Of a stretch of DNA of 64,000 bases, positions 10,708 through 22,628 are shown piece after piece. Each line of letters opens with the position of its first letter. Position 1 is the first letter of the stretch. Position numbers and translations under genes: made by a program. The DNA lies in assembly GCA_025594325.1 (NCBI GenBank), contig JANHCV010000008.1, forward strand, positions 1,426,001-1,490,000, read 5' to 3'. The DNA is from Blastocladiella emersonii ATCC 22665 (lineage: Eukaryota; Fungi; Blastocladiomycota). Below the pieces are notes generated by a model. The model was not told the origin of the DNA. It was given only the letters and a program-made list of their open reading frames with translations, and made no database searches.

Positions 10708-13440
10708 ATGGTAGCTCGAGGCGAGACAACCATCCGCCTCAACCCCGCCAAGTGCTTCTTCTACTGCGCACGCGTGCACCTGCTCAGCCACGTCGTCTCG
10801 GCCGAGGGCGTGCAGCCCGCCGAGGCCAAGGTCGTCTCGATCCGCGACTGGCCGCGTCCAACGTCCGGCAACCAGGTCCAGAAGTTCCTCAGCCTCGTCA
10901 ACTACCTGCGCGCCTACATCCCGCTCGCCGCGGTCCTCATGCACCCGCTTGACGCGCTGCGCAACCTCAAGCGCATCGACCTCAACGTCCGCAACGTGTG
11001 GACCGACAAGTGCGAGCAGGCGTTCCTCGCCTTAAAGGCCGCCGTCGCCGCCGCCGCCGCCCCGTGTCTCGCGCCGCCTGATTTCTCCAAGCCGTTCTTC
11101 GTCGCTACCAACGCCTCGAACGTCGGTCTCGGCGCCGTCCTGTTCCAGGGTAGCCGCGAGTCCCCGCGCTACATCTCGTTTGCCTCTCGCTCTCTGCAGC
11201 CCGCCGAGCAGAACTACTCGGCCACCAAGCGCGAGCTCCTCGGCATCGTCTTCGCGCTCACTCGCTTCTTCTACTACCTCCACGGCCGCCGTTTCGCGTT
11301 GTTCACGGACCACGCGGCGCTCACCCACATGTTCACGCAGAAGCGCCTGTCACCCATCCTCGAAAACTGGCTCGACACGCTGCTCTCCCTCTCGTTCTTG
11401 GTCACGCACCTCCCCAGCGTCCTGAACGTGCTGCCCGACATCCTGTCGCGCCTGTATAATACCGACGCCCGTGCCCATCTCGTCGCCATCAACCGCGCCG
11501 GCCGTTGTCCTGTATCGCGTTCCCCCCGTGGGCGCCCGCTGGTGGGGGGGGGGTCCCTCTGGATCCTCTCCCGCGCCGTCTCTCCCCGAGTGTGCCCTCG
11601 GCGACAGCGAGCTCGAGCAGCTCATGACGCACAATCTCTCCCTCGCGGAGAATTGTGCTCAACACTTTTTCCTCGCGCCGGCCTCGCTCCTGCCCGCGGA
11701 GCGGGCCCGCGCTTTTGCTGCCGCACCCACCCATGGGGGCAGCTCTTCTTCAACACCCGCGCCGTCTCTCCCCGAGTGTGCCCTCGGCGACGGCGAGCTC
11801 GAGCAGCTCATGACGCACGATCTCTCCCTTGCGGAGAATCGTGCTCGACACTTCTTCCTCGCGCCGGCCTCGCTCCCGCCTGCGGAGCGGGCCCGCGCTT
11901 TCGCTGCCGCACCCACCCATGGGGGCAGCTCTTCTTCAACACCCGCGCCCGCCGTGCACGCCCGCGTTGTCGCCGCCGCACCCGCCCCCGAGGGTAGCGC
12001 GCCGCGGCCCAAGTTCTCGCCCATCGGCACCGTCCCGCCCGCGCAGCGCCTCAACACGGCGCCCGTTCCGCGTGACCAGCGCGACCAAATCATCCGCGAC
12101 GTGCACAACTGGGGCCACTCGGGTCCCGCGGCCACACAGCAGCAGCTCGTCGTCCTCAGCCACGAATGGCCTGGCATGCTCGCCGACTGCCAGCGCGTCA
12201 TTGCCGGTTGCATCCCGTGCGCGCGGTTCTCGGCCACGCGGCAGGGTTTCCACCCGATGCGCTCGATTGAGGCGCTGCTGCCGCTCGACCACCTGTCCAT
12301 GGACTGCATGCAGCTGCCCATCTCGCCCGACGGATACACGCACGTGCTCGTGATCATTGACATCTGCACCCGGTTCGCGTGGCTACACCCGATCCACTCC
12401 GCGTCTGCCGGCGAGGTCGCCACCTGCTTCCTGGCCACGTGCTTCCAGTTCGGTTTCCCGCGCATCATCCAGTCCGACAACGGCCCCGAGTTTGCCAACC
12501 AGATCATCGCCTCGCTCGCCGACATGGCCGGCATCAACCGCTGCCTTGTGTCGCCGTACCACCCGCAGGCCAACGGCGCCTCGGAGCGTCTCGTTCGCTC
12601 GGTCAAGGAGGTGCTGCTCCCCTCGCTCAACGGGCAGCTCAACCGCTGGCCCGCCATGGTCCCGGCCATCCAGTACGCCTACAACACGCGCGCGCACGCG
12701 CGCCACGGCTCGACGCCCTTCTCGCTCATGTTCGCGCGTCCCGCCAACGCGCTCCGCGACTACCGCGCGCAGCCGCCCCTCCGCGACATGACCAAGCAGG
12801 AGCAGCTCGCTCACCTCAAGCTCATGACCGAGTCCATCTACCCCGCGCACCACCTGCGCCTCATCCAGCCCGAGTCGGCGCCTTTGGGCGAATCGGACAC
12901 CGTGCGCGACATCCTCCGTCATCGCGACGGCGCGAACGGCGAGCGCGAGTACCTGGTCCGCTGGTCCGATCGCTCCGCCAAGAACTCGTGGATCCCCGCC
13001 AGCAGCTTCGACACCGCCGGCGCCATCAACGACTACCACAAGAAGATCTCGGCCAACACCTGGTTCGAGCGCCAGCGTTCGCTGCAGCGTCTCGCCCCCA
13101 AGGTCGCCGCGTCTTCCCCTGTGCCCGCTCCACGCCAAGATCCTGCTCCTCGCCAAGTCTCGGCCAACAAGTCTCAGTTCTCAGTCACGCAGTCGTCAGC
13201 CGCCTCGTTGCCCGCCCGCGCCCCCGCCTCCTTCTGTCGGCATCAACAAGGTCCATTTCACCAAGTACGAGAGCTCCATCAGCTGCCATCTTGTTCTATT
13301 AGGGGTGCGGGGGGTGAGAGGCGAGCGGGAAGCTCAAGGTTCAGGTCCGGGTCGCCGCGATCTGGCGCGGTGAAAACCGGTTTTGGGCGGTCGCATGACC
13401 CGAAACCCGGGTTTCAAGTCGGGGACCAGGTCGGGGACCA
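10708..13440 (+). mobile_element. 5'-truncated, decayed Ty3/Gypsy fragment: RT C-terminus, RNase H, integrase, chromodomain-like
   Basis: LNPAKC..FLSLVNY..ATNASNVGLGAVL..RELLGIV..TDHAAL; HNWGH..CxxC; SMD..SDNGPEF..NGASER; EYLVRW..NSWIP. Frameshift near 11460-11560 (G10 run at 11544-11553). Purine-rich tract near 13300; the 3' boundary is approximate. Confidence 0.9.
11570..11949 (+). repeat. 186-bp in-frame tandem duplication between RNase H and integrase
   Basis: Units 11570-11755 and 11756-11941 (APSLPECALGD..HGGSSSST twice) plus a short third start. Confidence 0.9.
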
Positions 13441-13492
13441 CGACTTCCGCAACTCCTCTAATGCTGTCCGCGCTCGCTCTCCGCAAGACGCA

Positions 13493-14998
13493 ATGCATGA
13501 AGCTCGCCACTCCATGAAATCACATCACACTCCATGCAACGGGACATCGAGATCCTTATTCTTGCTTTCATCTGAGTGTGCAGCCGTTGTGGCCAAACTC
13601 TCGCGCGACCTGCCAACCGACGCAGCGGAGCTCTCGTCGCTCCTGCAGGTCGTGCTTCGCGAAATCATGCGTCTCCGAGGTCAGCAACTTCACGTCTCGC
13701 TCCAGCACCGAATTCACCAGATTTCTCCGTCGGAAGCCGCCCTAGCACGCTCGCGAGCGGTGGAACTCGTTGCCACGATCAACAAACTCGGGGAACTGAC
13801 CGCACGGATTGAACGGCGCCTCGAGAATCCGCCGCGCGAGACTCGTGAAGCCCGGCTTGTACCGCTATCCGCTTGCGATCATACGCCTGTCCGCAGCCGC
13901 ATATCCAGTCCGGCCTCAACGCAACCGCGCACTCATCATCGCATGGTGCGGCATCCAGCGTACGGCAGCAAAGTTTACCGCCGCTCGTACGATACGGGTT
14001 GCTTCCAGGTCATTCGTGAGAAGGCACTCTTGCTTGGATTAGCTCGGCCGTCGGAATGCACGCGGACCACAGCAGACCCAGTCGAGTTTATCGACTTTCT
14101 CGGCCAGCTTGTCAAGAGCATTCCGCTCGGTCAAGCCCTGTACCTGGCGCGCTTCAACGTCCCGAAAGCTCTGTACTCTATCTACTCGGTCTTTCTGCGC
14201 GAGTCTGCTTCGAACGCGCAGGCGCGGCGCGTCTTTCTCGATGCGGCGGACCCCAACTGGAACCGCGATTGGGTCCGCCGGTTCCACGCGCTGGAACCGC
14301 TGCCCGGCGAATCCGTCGGCAAGTATTTCGCCAAGTTCCGCGGGCTGCTTACCGAGGTCGTTGACATTGACGATCCCATGATTGCCAGCGAGCGCCAGCT
14401 CAAGTTCGTGTTCACCAACAAGGTGTACGCGACGTTCGGCGCCGTCTCCGATCCCCTCCTCGCGCTGGTTAGCGACGCGTCCAAGACGGTCGCTGACATT
14501 GCCTCTAAATTCGCGTCGCTTCGAGCTCCTGATTTCTCGGACGGCTCACACTCCCAAGAGACCGGTCTGGCCTCGCACAGCGCATACAAAGCGGAATCAA
14601 CCCAGTGCGTCTTCTGCGCAGAAATCGCCCGTGAGCAGAGAAATTCTCACACTCACCCAGCTGCAACTTGCCCCGTGCTGCATAATGTTCAATTTCCCGC
14701 AGCCAAGCTTGTTATGGGATTCACTGCTGCCAACCTTGAATTCCCCGCGGAGCTTTGGAGCCCCGAATGCTCCTTGAGCGGCTTTGTCCGCATTATGGAC
14801 CAACTTCGAGAAAAGCTTCATGACCGCACGGCGCGGATCACTTCATTGGTCAATGCCGCAAGGGTCCGACAGTGTTGTGAGATTCTCGCGGGCCTGCTCG
14901 CACTCCCAGTTGACTGCGAAGCCTGGGCGTCCAAGAAGATCCGGGAGCTTTGGCGTGAAGTCCACGCTGTGACTTCGAAGCGCGGCGTTTCCCTCTAA
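13493..14998 (+). CDS. Family D: gag-like protein (capsid-like PGESVxxYF motif and Cx2C..H..C knuckle), 501 aa, no downstream pol
   Basis: Distal part of the 11471-14998 ORF, ATG at 13493; full-length homology to 33062-34464. Confidence 0.65.
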   Translation: MHEARHSMKSHHTPCNGTSRSLFLLSSECAAVVAKLSRDLPTDAAELSSLLQVVLREIMRLRGQQLHVSLQHRIHQISPSEAALARSRAVELVATINKLGELTARIERRLENPPRETREARLVPLSACDHTPVRSRISSPASTQPRTHHRMVRHPAYGSKVYRRSYDTGCFQVIREKALLLGLARPSECTRTTADPVEFIDFLGQLVKSIPLGQALYLARFNVPKALYSIYSVFLRESASNAQARRVFLDAADPNWNRDWVRRFHALEPLPGESVGKYFAKFRGLLTEVVDIDDPMIASERQLKFVFTNKVYATFGAVSDPLLALVSDASKTVADIASKFASLRAPDFSDGSHSQETGLASHSAYKAESTQCVFCAEIAREQRNSHTHPAATCPVLHNVQFPAAKLVMGFTAANLEFPAELWSPECSLSGFVRIMDQLREKLHDRTARITSLVNAARVRQCCEILAGLLALPVDCEAWASKKIRELWREVHAVTSKRGVSL

Positions 14999-15590
14999 CA
15001 AGGATGCCGTATGATCAGTATCCAAATAGAAGTGTGACCTTACGATCGCGAAGGTGCATTTTGTCAGCTGGAGTCTGCTCCTCGCGGGATTGAGGGTCTC
15101 GATAGTTCGATTTCACGCCTTGCTCGGTACTTGGCGAAAACTGCGTCAACGATCTTAAGCCCGATCCAGTGCGTGGTTGGCTACTTGGTCGCGCGTTTGG
15201 ACCTGGATCTCGGCCTGGTCTTAGCCGGTTGGCCAAAGTCTCAACTCTCAACAGGGCCGGGGGAGTCTGCCGCCACAGGATCCAATCCTGTCTTGGTTTC
15301 AACCTCCTCAACCTCTGTTTCGAGTGAGCCTTTTGTCCTCGAATTCTGACGCTGTATTTTTGCGAATGTCTCATCATGTCATTTATACTTCCGGACGTTG
15401 ATTGGACACAAATTAAGCGTTTCGGAGGGCGTTGAGTAGATACACACGGGATGCGCGTCTCGGGGAAGGCGAAGCGACGCGTCGGGATATCGCGTGACTC
15501 GGCGGTGCAATCAGGTGACGCGTAAAACGGTCGGCGACTTGAGCGACGCGCGCCGCCGCATCGCACTCTCTCCCAACGAGCCTGGCTACC

Positions 15591-18500
15591 ATGAAGCAAA
15601 AGAAAATCACTGGCCGCAAACACGGCCCCAAGGGCCATGGACCTGCCCCGGCCGCTCAAACGGCTGCTGGCCCGCCGACCCCGTCGCTGACCTGTGCGAC
15701 GGTCCTGCGCAACGACGCCACCGATCCGTACTACGCGTACGGACGGTCCTATGCCCGCGACTTGTTCTTCAAGCACGATCCTTGGTCCCTCAATCGGCTT
15801 GACGCACTCGTGTTCCAGTGCGGCGACTTGCGCGACGTCGCGCGCACTTTCATCGAGGCAAAGCGCAATTGCGCTCACGGCATGCTCATTGTCCTTAGTG
15901 ACACGCACCCCGAGGTGATTGCGCGAAACCTGCTTGTACTGCACGCCGTCGCCGCGAGTGATGGCGCAACGCAGTCGTCCGCTCTGGCACGTCACGTTGG
16001 TCAGCTGACGTACTCTCACCTTCTCGAGCCCGTCACCTGGACCTTTTGGCGAGGGCGGCTGCGCGCGTGTTTGGACGCCGAATGGGCTGCCAGCGACGCT
16101 CCATTTTTCATGCTTGACGAGGACATGGCAAGCACCGTGCGTCACTGCTGGGAGTCGTGGCTCATGTGCAACTGGTCGCCTGAGCTTCTGGCCAGGCAAC
16201 GCGACGACTACTCTGCTTCGACTCGGGAAGGCGGCAGCACTCGCAGCCACGTGCAGGCTGCCATCGACCGCTTCGCCGAGAATGCGCGCAACGTATGCGG
16301 CGACAGCTGTCCCGACGCGGCGGTCTTGGGCCGCGAGCTGCGCCCTTTGCTCACCAACGGCGCCTTCCTCTTCGATCATGCCCACGCATCAACCACCGAT
16401 CGCAGCAGTCTTCGCTCTGCTCCCGCTGTTAATCCAACGATGCTTCTTGTCGGCACGTACGGTGCCTTGTCGTTTTCAGCGCCTTTCAGCTTCTCGCCAC
16501 TCGACGTGTTTGTCATCGACCCGAACGACGTGGGCGGAAGTTTGGAGCGTGGTCTCAACGATCAAGTCGAAGCGCTGCTTGAGGCGTTTGGTCCATCCAG
16601 CGGCTCTCAACGCCGCACCGCCGAGGCCAATCGCGTTGTTGAATGGATTGCGCAGCCGACGCTTGCGCCCCTCATGTGCAAGGTCGCTTTCGTCGCCGGA
16701 CATCCCATCAAGGTCATGGAGACGCTTGTAGTTCACCCTCAAATTCACCACTCGACCTCACCCAAACCTGAGCTCTCCCCGCAGCAAAAACTCCAGGTGG
16801 AGCACGCGCAGCTGCGATTCAACGTCATCGAGACGGGCAACTTGATGGACACGTGTGGGCTGCTCAATTTGCTCCAGCATGCATCACCACTGCTCGCCAC
16901 AGAGTGGATACACTGCCGCTCGCTGATTCGCGCTTGGACCAATCATGACCATGCTTACTCGATCGCGCCTTTGCGGCTTGACTTCCTCCGCCGCGTCACT
17001 GGACTCGGGCTCGAGGTGTTTCCTACGCTTCTCGCTGTGAACTTGCTTGAGCGCCCAGCTTCATTGCACTGGGTCACACACACGACGGACATCGCTTGGA
17101 GTGCAGGCCAGGTTATGCGTTCCACGGGTCACGCTCGCGAGGAGTTTACTTTCTACCGGCTCACGACTCCGAACGTGGCCATCTCTCTGCGCGAGTCGCC
17201 CTTCATGTTGGAAACTCTCGTCCAGGCACTCAAGGAGCTGTGTGGTCCCGATGCCGTAGCGCTTGATGGCAAGCCTGGTACGTGCGCGATGTGCTGGATC
17301 TGACGCATGATCTCACTGACCACTTACTCTGTCTTTGTAGCTGGTTCACGCGCATCCGGCGCCTTGCTGCCCAAACTGCTTGCGTTTGCTTACGCTTCGG
17401 GTCGCCTGACTTGGATGGGAGCTGAGCGACTTACTTCTCCTCCGTGGCTCGAGATGCCGCAACTATGGTCCGCTCTTTGTGCCGATCCAGCGTTCTTCTC
17501 GTGCAACCCTGAAATTTACGCGCAGGCACAACTTTACGGCTTCCCGATCCAGTATCCTGGCTTCCCCAAGGTCAAGTTTTTGCACTCACGGGGATTCTTG
17601 ATCGCTTATCTGTCGAGTCGACCAGTTCTGCGAGCTCGTTCGCCGCCATGGTGCTCGAGATCGGCGACACATACCAGTTCCGCAGCCTTATCGTCGAGCC
17701 GATTAGTAGCGACAGCCTGCAGGTGCGGGTCTCGGCTTATGTGCCGCACTTTGTTGTTGAGAGCTTGTCAGGTCGGCTGAACGCGCGCGTCCGCTTCCCT
17801 GCGACAATTAATCGGAGCGTACCACTTGCGTTCGTTTCGCTGCCCCGGATCTCTGCTGGCCCGTTTTCGCAGGCTACGGCGAGCATCGCCGCGTACGCTG
17901 CAGCGACGCGCTTCCTCAACTTCGAGGACGGCAGCCTTGGAACGGCCCCGCCTACTGAAAAGCCGCTTGTGCATACACTCGTTTCAGTTGATGGCTTGGA
18001 GGATATGTACATGCTCCTCAAGCGTCCCCGCGCGAGCGCACGCACTGAATTGACTTATACCACGAGTCCCAAGGGTGCTCGCGGTGCCGCTTAGCTTTTG
18101 TCAGCGGCAAACCGACCCAGCTGTACCAGCTCTTAAGCCGTGGCATCATTTGTTCTGCCCGTCTCAAGCCAACCCATGTCGAGATCGTGATCTTGCGCGC
18201 GCTTGGCCCTGTCGACCTCTCCGTTGACTTGTATCCGATCCCATCGTTTGTCGCCGACCACGCTGACTCGTCTCCAGTGGGCGAGACGGATCTCGCGGAC
18301 CAACGCGCGGCGCTTCGTGCCCCGTACTTTGCTGCGACCGCGGACGAGGCCGCCATCGTCCAAGGGACTATGGATGCGGACCCTGTCCTGGAAGATTCGC
18401 GCAAGGACCCGCCCGCAGACGAGCAGGCCTTGTTTCTCCGCGTGCTCAAGCGGTACCAGCACTACCTGTCCGGCGGCGACGCGGACTATTTCAGCGGTAG

Positions 18501-18609
18501 CGACGGGAGCAGCGTGGAGGACGATGATGATTATGACGAGAACGACTCGTGGAGTGGCGAGGATGATGACGAAAGTGACTTGTGGAGCGGCGATGCCAGC
18601 AACACTTGA
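15591..18609 (+). CDS. DUF4470-type protein; one intron (17278-17340) and two apparent frameshifts (near 17610 and 18090), possibly pseudogenising
   Basis: YYAYGRSYARDLF..QCGDLRDV..SDTHPEVIARNLLVL and IETGNLMDTCG fit DUF4470 as I recall it. The intron GTACGT..CTGAC..TAG restores the frame. Possible degenerate MYND remnant CSRCRL near 18075; acidic tail. Confidence 0.7.
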
Positions 18610-18889
18610 TGATGCGAGGCAGTCTCGATTTTTCCGCGCTTCGACATAACATGGATATACCGAAAGTTGTTATTTATACTAGGTGTGTGTGCGCAGCACA
18701 CACTTGGGTCTCGGCTGTAGCGTTAGTCTGTGGTGCCAGTGATGAGAGCAGCGGCGCAGGTACAACGCGTGTGACGGGCACGCGTCCGTGGCCAACATGG
18801 CTGTGACCATGGCTTGTCTTGGTCGCGGAGCAACGCATTCTTGAATCATGAGTGCACTCGAGGCCGTGGACCAAGGTCGGAACTGAGAC

Positions 18890-19880
18890 TGGACTTAAAC
18901 ATGTCGCGGTTGGCAAAGTTGAGCGACATGAGGGTTCATCGCGGCCGAGGTCGCAGGCTGCCCGCGCTGTCTTGTTCCCGAGCACGGGTCGCTTACCGTA
19001 ATGTTCTCGAACATCCTTCCGTGGTCACGGCCCATGAGCAGTCAAGAAAGGCAGTCAAATCACGCGCTAGTCCAGACGCGGTGCCAGTGCAGTATGGGGT
19101 GTGGGTCAGGTGAATCAGTACCAATGCGCCGCCGTGATCCAGGACGTAGCTGGGTCACTGGATGATCTGGGCGACGCCATGTAGCGGCTTGATGCAGGTG
19201 AGGTGCGAGATACTGTTAGCGGTGTATAGTTTGGACGCTGCTAAACTGCAGGCTAGATGTGTACACCTTGGAGTCAATCATTTTATTGAGCGCCGCAGCG
19301 CCCGTGAGGATGATAGACTAGTTGTCGCACTGGATCGTGCGCTGGCCAGGGCGCACCAAATACGCGCCGATGCCGATCGACCGGCACGCGAGGAGTGTCG
19401 CGGTGAATTCTCGTTGTAGTCCGCCGACGTGTTGCCCGCGATCAGGCTCAAGCCCATGGGTTTCACGGCGTCAAACCCATCCTTGATCCCGATCCAGTCG
19501 GCGACGCGCATGTGCGTCTCGCCCGTCACGTTTTGGACAACGGGCTCAACCGGGACCGAGTTGCGCAGCCGCTCGAAGTCCGCGAGGTGCAGGTACGGGT
19601 ACTCGAACCTGAGCCTGGAGTTGCGCAGGCCGACTTACGTATACGGTGCGGTGCGCGGTGGCGAGCACCAGTGTCCTCCATTCGCACATGCTAAGCAATC
19701 GGCGAGTAGAACTTGATCGATGTGGGGCCGAAAACCTACACTGCAAGACAGAGTACGTGTAGACGCTTGGGCCACATGGCCTTGAGCTCGCCTGTTTCGG
19801 GAGCTTGCAAGCGAATCGCGACGGACTTGAGCACGCCCGTTTCGGGATCAATCATGATCTCGATATGCGCGTCCACGTTA
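18890..19880 (-). pseudogene. ACC1: Acetyl-CoA carboxylase carboxyltransferase-domain fragment, decayed
   Basis: Minus-strand translation gives [80 protein letters not shown], with stops, frameshifts and deletions. Boundaries approximate. Confidence 0.85.
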
Positions 19881-20389
19881 AGGGCTTACCCTTATTGAGG
19901 ACAGTGCCTCGATTGAACCAACCAGGTTTGTATTGAGTTGAGCTGCAATCAAAGCGAAGCCGAGAAGCGGAAAACGAGATATCGGGATTCCTTCAGAACT
20001 CCATGAGGGAGAACCTGGAAACGGAAACGTCTCAAGAAAAATATATCTGAACAAGTAAGTAGACATTCGAAATAGTGAATTCATGATTGCGAAGAGGAAA
20101 GGGGTTGGGAAGGGCGAGGGCGAAAAGAAGAAGTGGACCAAATCGGACGAGACTCACCAGGATGATGCCCTACATGATGCTCGCCTCATTGCATAGAGTA
20201 ACAATGTAGATTTTATTAGAGGATTTAGAGAAAATTGAGGAAAAGATAATTCGATCGCGACCACGACGCGTCGCGACGCGTAGTGATTGGAGTGACAGGA
20301 AAGACACGCGTGCCAGCAACCCCAGCTTGAGCGCGTATTCAGCTCGACAGAAACTCAGCCTACTGCTGAGAACGAATTCGCCACGCTCT

Positions 20390-21195
20390 TTCCACACCTC
20401 CCGCCCGCACTCGTGGACCTCGACATCGGCGACAATCGGCTCACCGCGAAGCAGCTCAACGCCTGCCATCACTACTTCCCGTCTACCCTTCGCTCCTTGA
20501 ATCTCTCCCGTAACGAGCTTTACCGGGCGACGGGGGATGTGCCGCTTGGCTGGACCTTTCCGATCGGTCTCGAAACCCCGACCATGACCACCTGCACGAC
20601 CTAAGGGACTGCCGTTCGGCCGAACGCTCTCGGGCGACGAGTTCCGCTTCTTGAGCTTGCCGCGCTCATTGCGGCGTCCTTACCGCCGAACCTCATCACT
20701 CTCGACCTCTCAATGAATCCCCTTTGCGAGGAACCGCACCTCACCATGCACGAGCGGTACAGAACGCGCTCGAAATGCTTTCATCAGGCAAACGGGGCCT
20801 CGCCCGCCGCCATGGCTCTGCTCGCTCCTCGGGTGCCGCCCTCGCTGCAAAAGCTATATCTTCTGTGTACATGCGTTGGGGCGGGCGGGGCGCAACATCT
20901 CGCCAACCACATGCCTCCGCATCTCCGAGTTCTCGATCTGTCTCAAACTGATTTGGACAACGACGCGGTTCGCGCTCTCGCCCCTGCGCTGCCGCAGTCG
21001 CTCAAGGAGGTTTCGTTCAACTTGAACCCATTTACAGCGGCGGTCGCAGGTCTGCTTGCCTCGCACCTTCCTGACGATCTGGAAGCACTGGATTTGGGAT
21101 CGGTGGACCTCATCGGCCCTGGTGTTGATCACTTACGCGCGAAGGTTGCGAGCCGGGGTTGTATTGTCATAAAACAACCCTGCGACCAGGGGTAA
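20390..21195 (+). pseudogene. RNI-like leucine-rich-repeat protein with an in-frame TAA at 20602-20604
   Basis: Repeated LPPxLxxLDLSxNxL units (LVDLDIGDNRL, LRSLNLSRNEL, LITLDLSMNPL, LRVLDLSQTDL, LEALDLG), all in one frame. Confidence 0.75.
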
Positions 21196-22134
21196 AGCAA
21201 TTGAGCGATCTCGAACGTGTTAACAAGTTGTCGCTTTGAAGATTTTTCGTTTCAATCGAATGTATTGCTGTTTTCAATGACTGCTACGGCAGGCTCAGCG
21301 TTTCAACTGGCAGCCTGCGACGCGCCAATCAAAACACGTGTCGCCCAAGTGGCGCGTCGCGTCAAGCTCCCATCTCACCTAGGACAGCTTGCTCCTGAAA
21401 CTCGAGATTTCATTGCATTTTGATCGAGGTTGTAGGATGTCAGTAAGCGTTGAAATTACGCTCGACTGTGGCGAGGACCACTCACCTCATCGTCCATCTG
21501 AAGCGCGATCCATCACTGGGCTGCGACGCAGCCAGCTCGTACAACTTCAGGAGTGTTACACACCCACACATCGCCGACAAGTGGTGGTCGGGAGTTGGGC
21601 GGGCGAGCTCAAAGGTCGATCGGTGTTCGAATCCTAGTGAGGGGAGGGACCCGGGGCCCTTTTGCTGCTCAGCGCGGGAATTTTTCCTCACGGACACCCG
21701 GACTCGCAATGCAATTCTTCGCGGAAAGGAGAGTCAGTCATTTGGACAGGTCAGCCATGGGATATCATTGATCCTTTCGCTCCGGTTACTCGAGTTTTGG
21801 CCAATTCTCTTGCCGTGGAAATACACGTCGCTTCACATAGGTGAGCAACACTCAGCCCAAGTATCATCCAAACTCACGTTGAGAGTTCAGGGATCGTCCG
21901 CGACGACGGAGCAGCACGACGAGTCGGATCCACAGTTGTATAGGGAAACGAGGGGGGGACGATCAACGACAGGCGACGGCTACGCGTCAACGAACCTGGT
22001 AGTCGACTCCGAGGAGATCTTGGACGAGCAGCAGCGCGGCTTTCACGAGTAAAGCGACTCGAGGCGGGCGAGGAAGGTGTCGAACGGCTTCGGTGGCGAC
22101 ACGAGGTCTAAGGTTGTTCTAGCGGCGGTGCAAT

Positions 22135-22628
22135 CTGGAGCACGACAGCGAACGAGTACGAGAAGCCGACGACGCGCGAGACGAGGCAGAAGGAGAGCAG
22201 CAAACGGGGAGGTCAATATTTCTTTGTTACACTTCAGACTTCGACGAGGGATTCCAGTTGAGGGAGATGAGAGAGGAGAAGAGCGGAGAGGTCGGACGAC
22301 GATGACGACGCCGTACGCGAGGGAGGATCGAGGACGCAGCGCGGCGGCACGACGGGCACGGCCAGCGCGAGGGCGTCGACGAACGAGGAGAAGGAGGAGC
22401 GCGCGCGGCACGAAGGCGATCGTGGGCGGTGCGGCGAGAGGGACGATCAGGAGAAAGACGAGCGAGATGACGGTGGCGGAGAGGGACGAGAAGGGAGAGG
22501 AAAACGACAGCTTGGCGGGGGCAGCTTGGTGGTGGCGGACTCAACGGACCTGGAGCACGACAGCGAACAAGTACGAGAAGCCGACGACGCGCGAGACGAG
22601 GCAGAAGGAGAGCAGCAAACGGGGAGGT
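22135..22628 (+). repeat. 79-bp dispersed direct repeat (22135-22213 and 22550-22628)
   Basis: CTGGAGCACGACAGCGAAC..CAAACGGGGAGGT occurs twice with 1 mismatch, in a strongly purine-skewed region. Confidence 0.85.

Noticed and set aside
18060-18170. Intact MYND zinc finger
   Set aside because: Only CSRC and, in another frame, FCQ..W.H..C; too degenerate to call a domain.
21400-22050. 200-aa ORF and neighbouring short ORFs
   Set aside because: No motifs, no codon bias, no paralogs.
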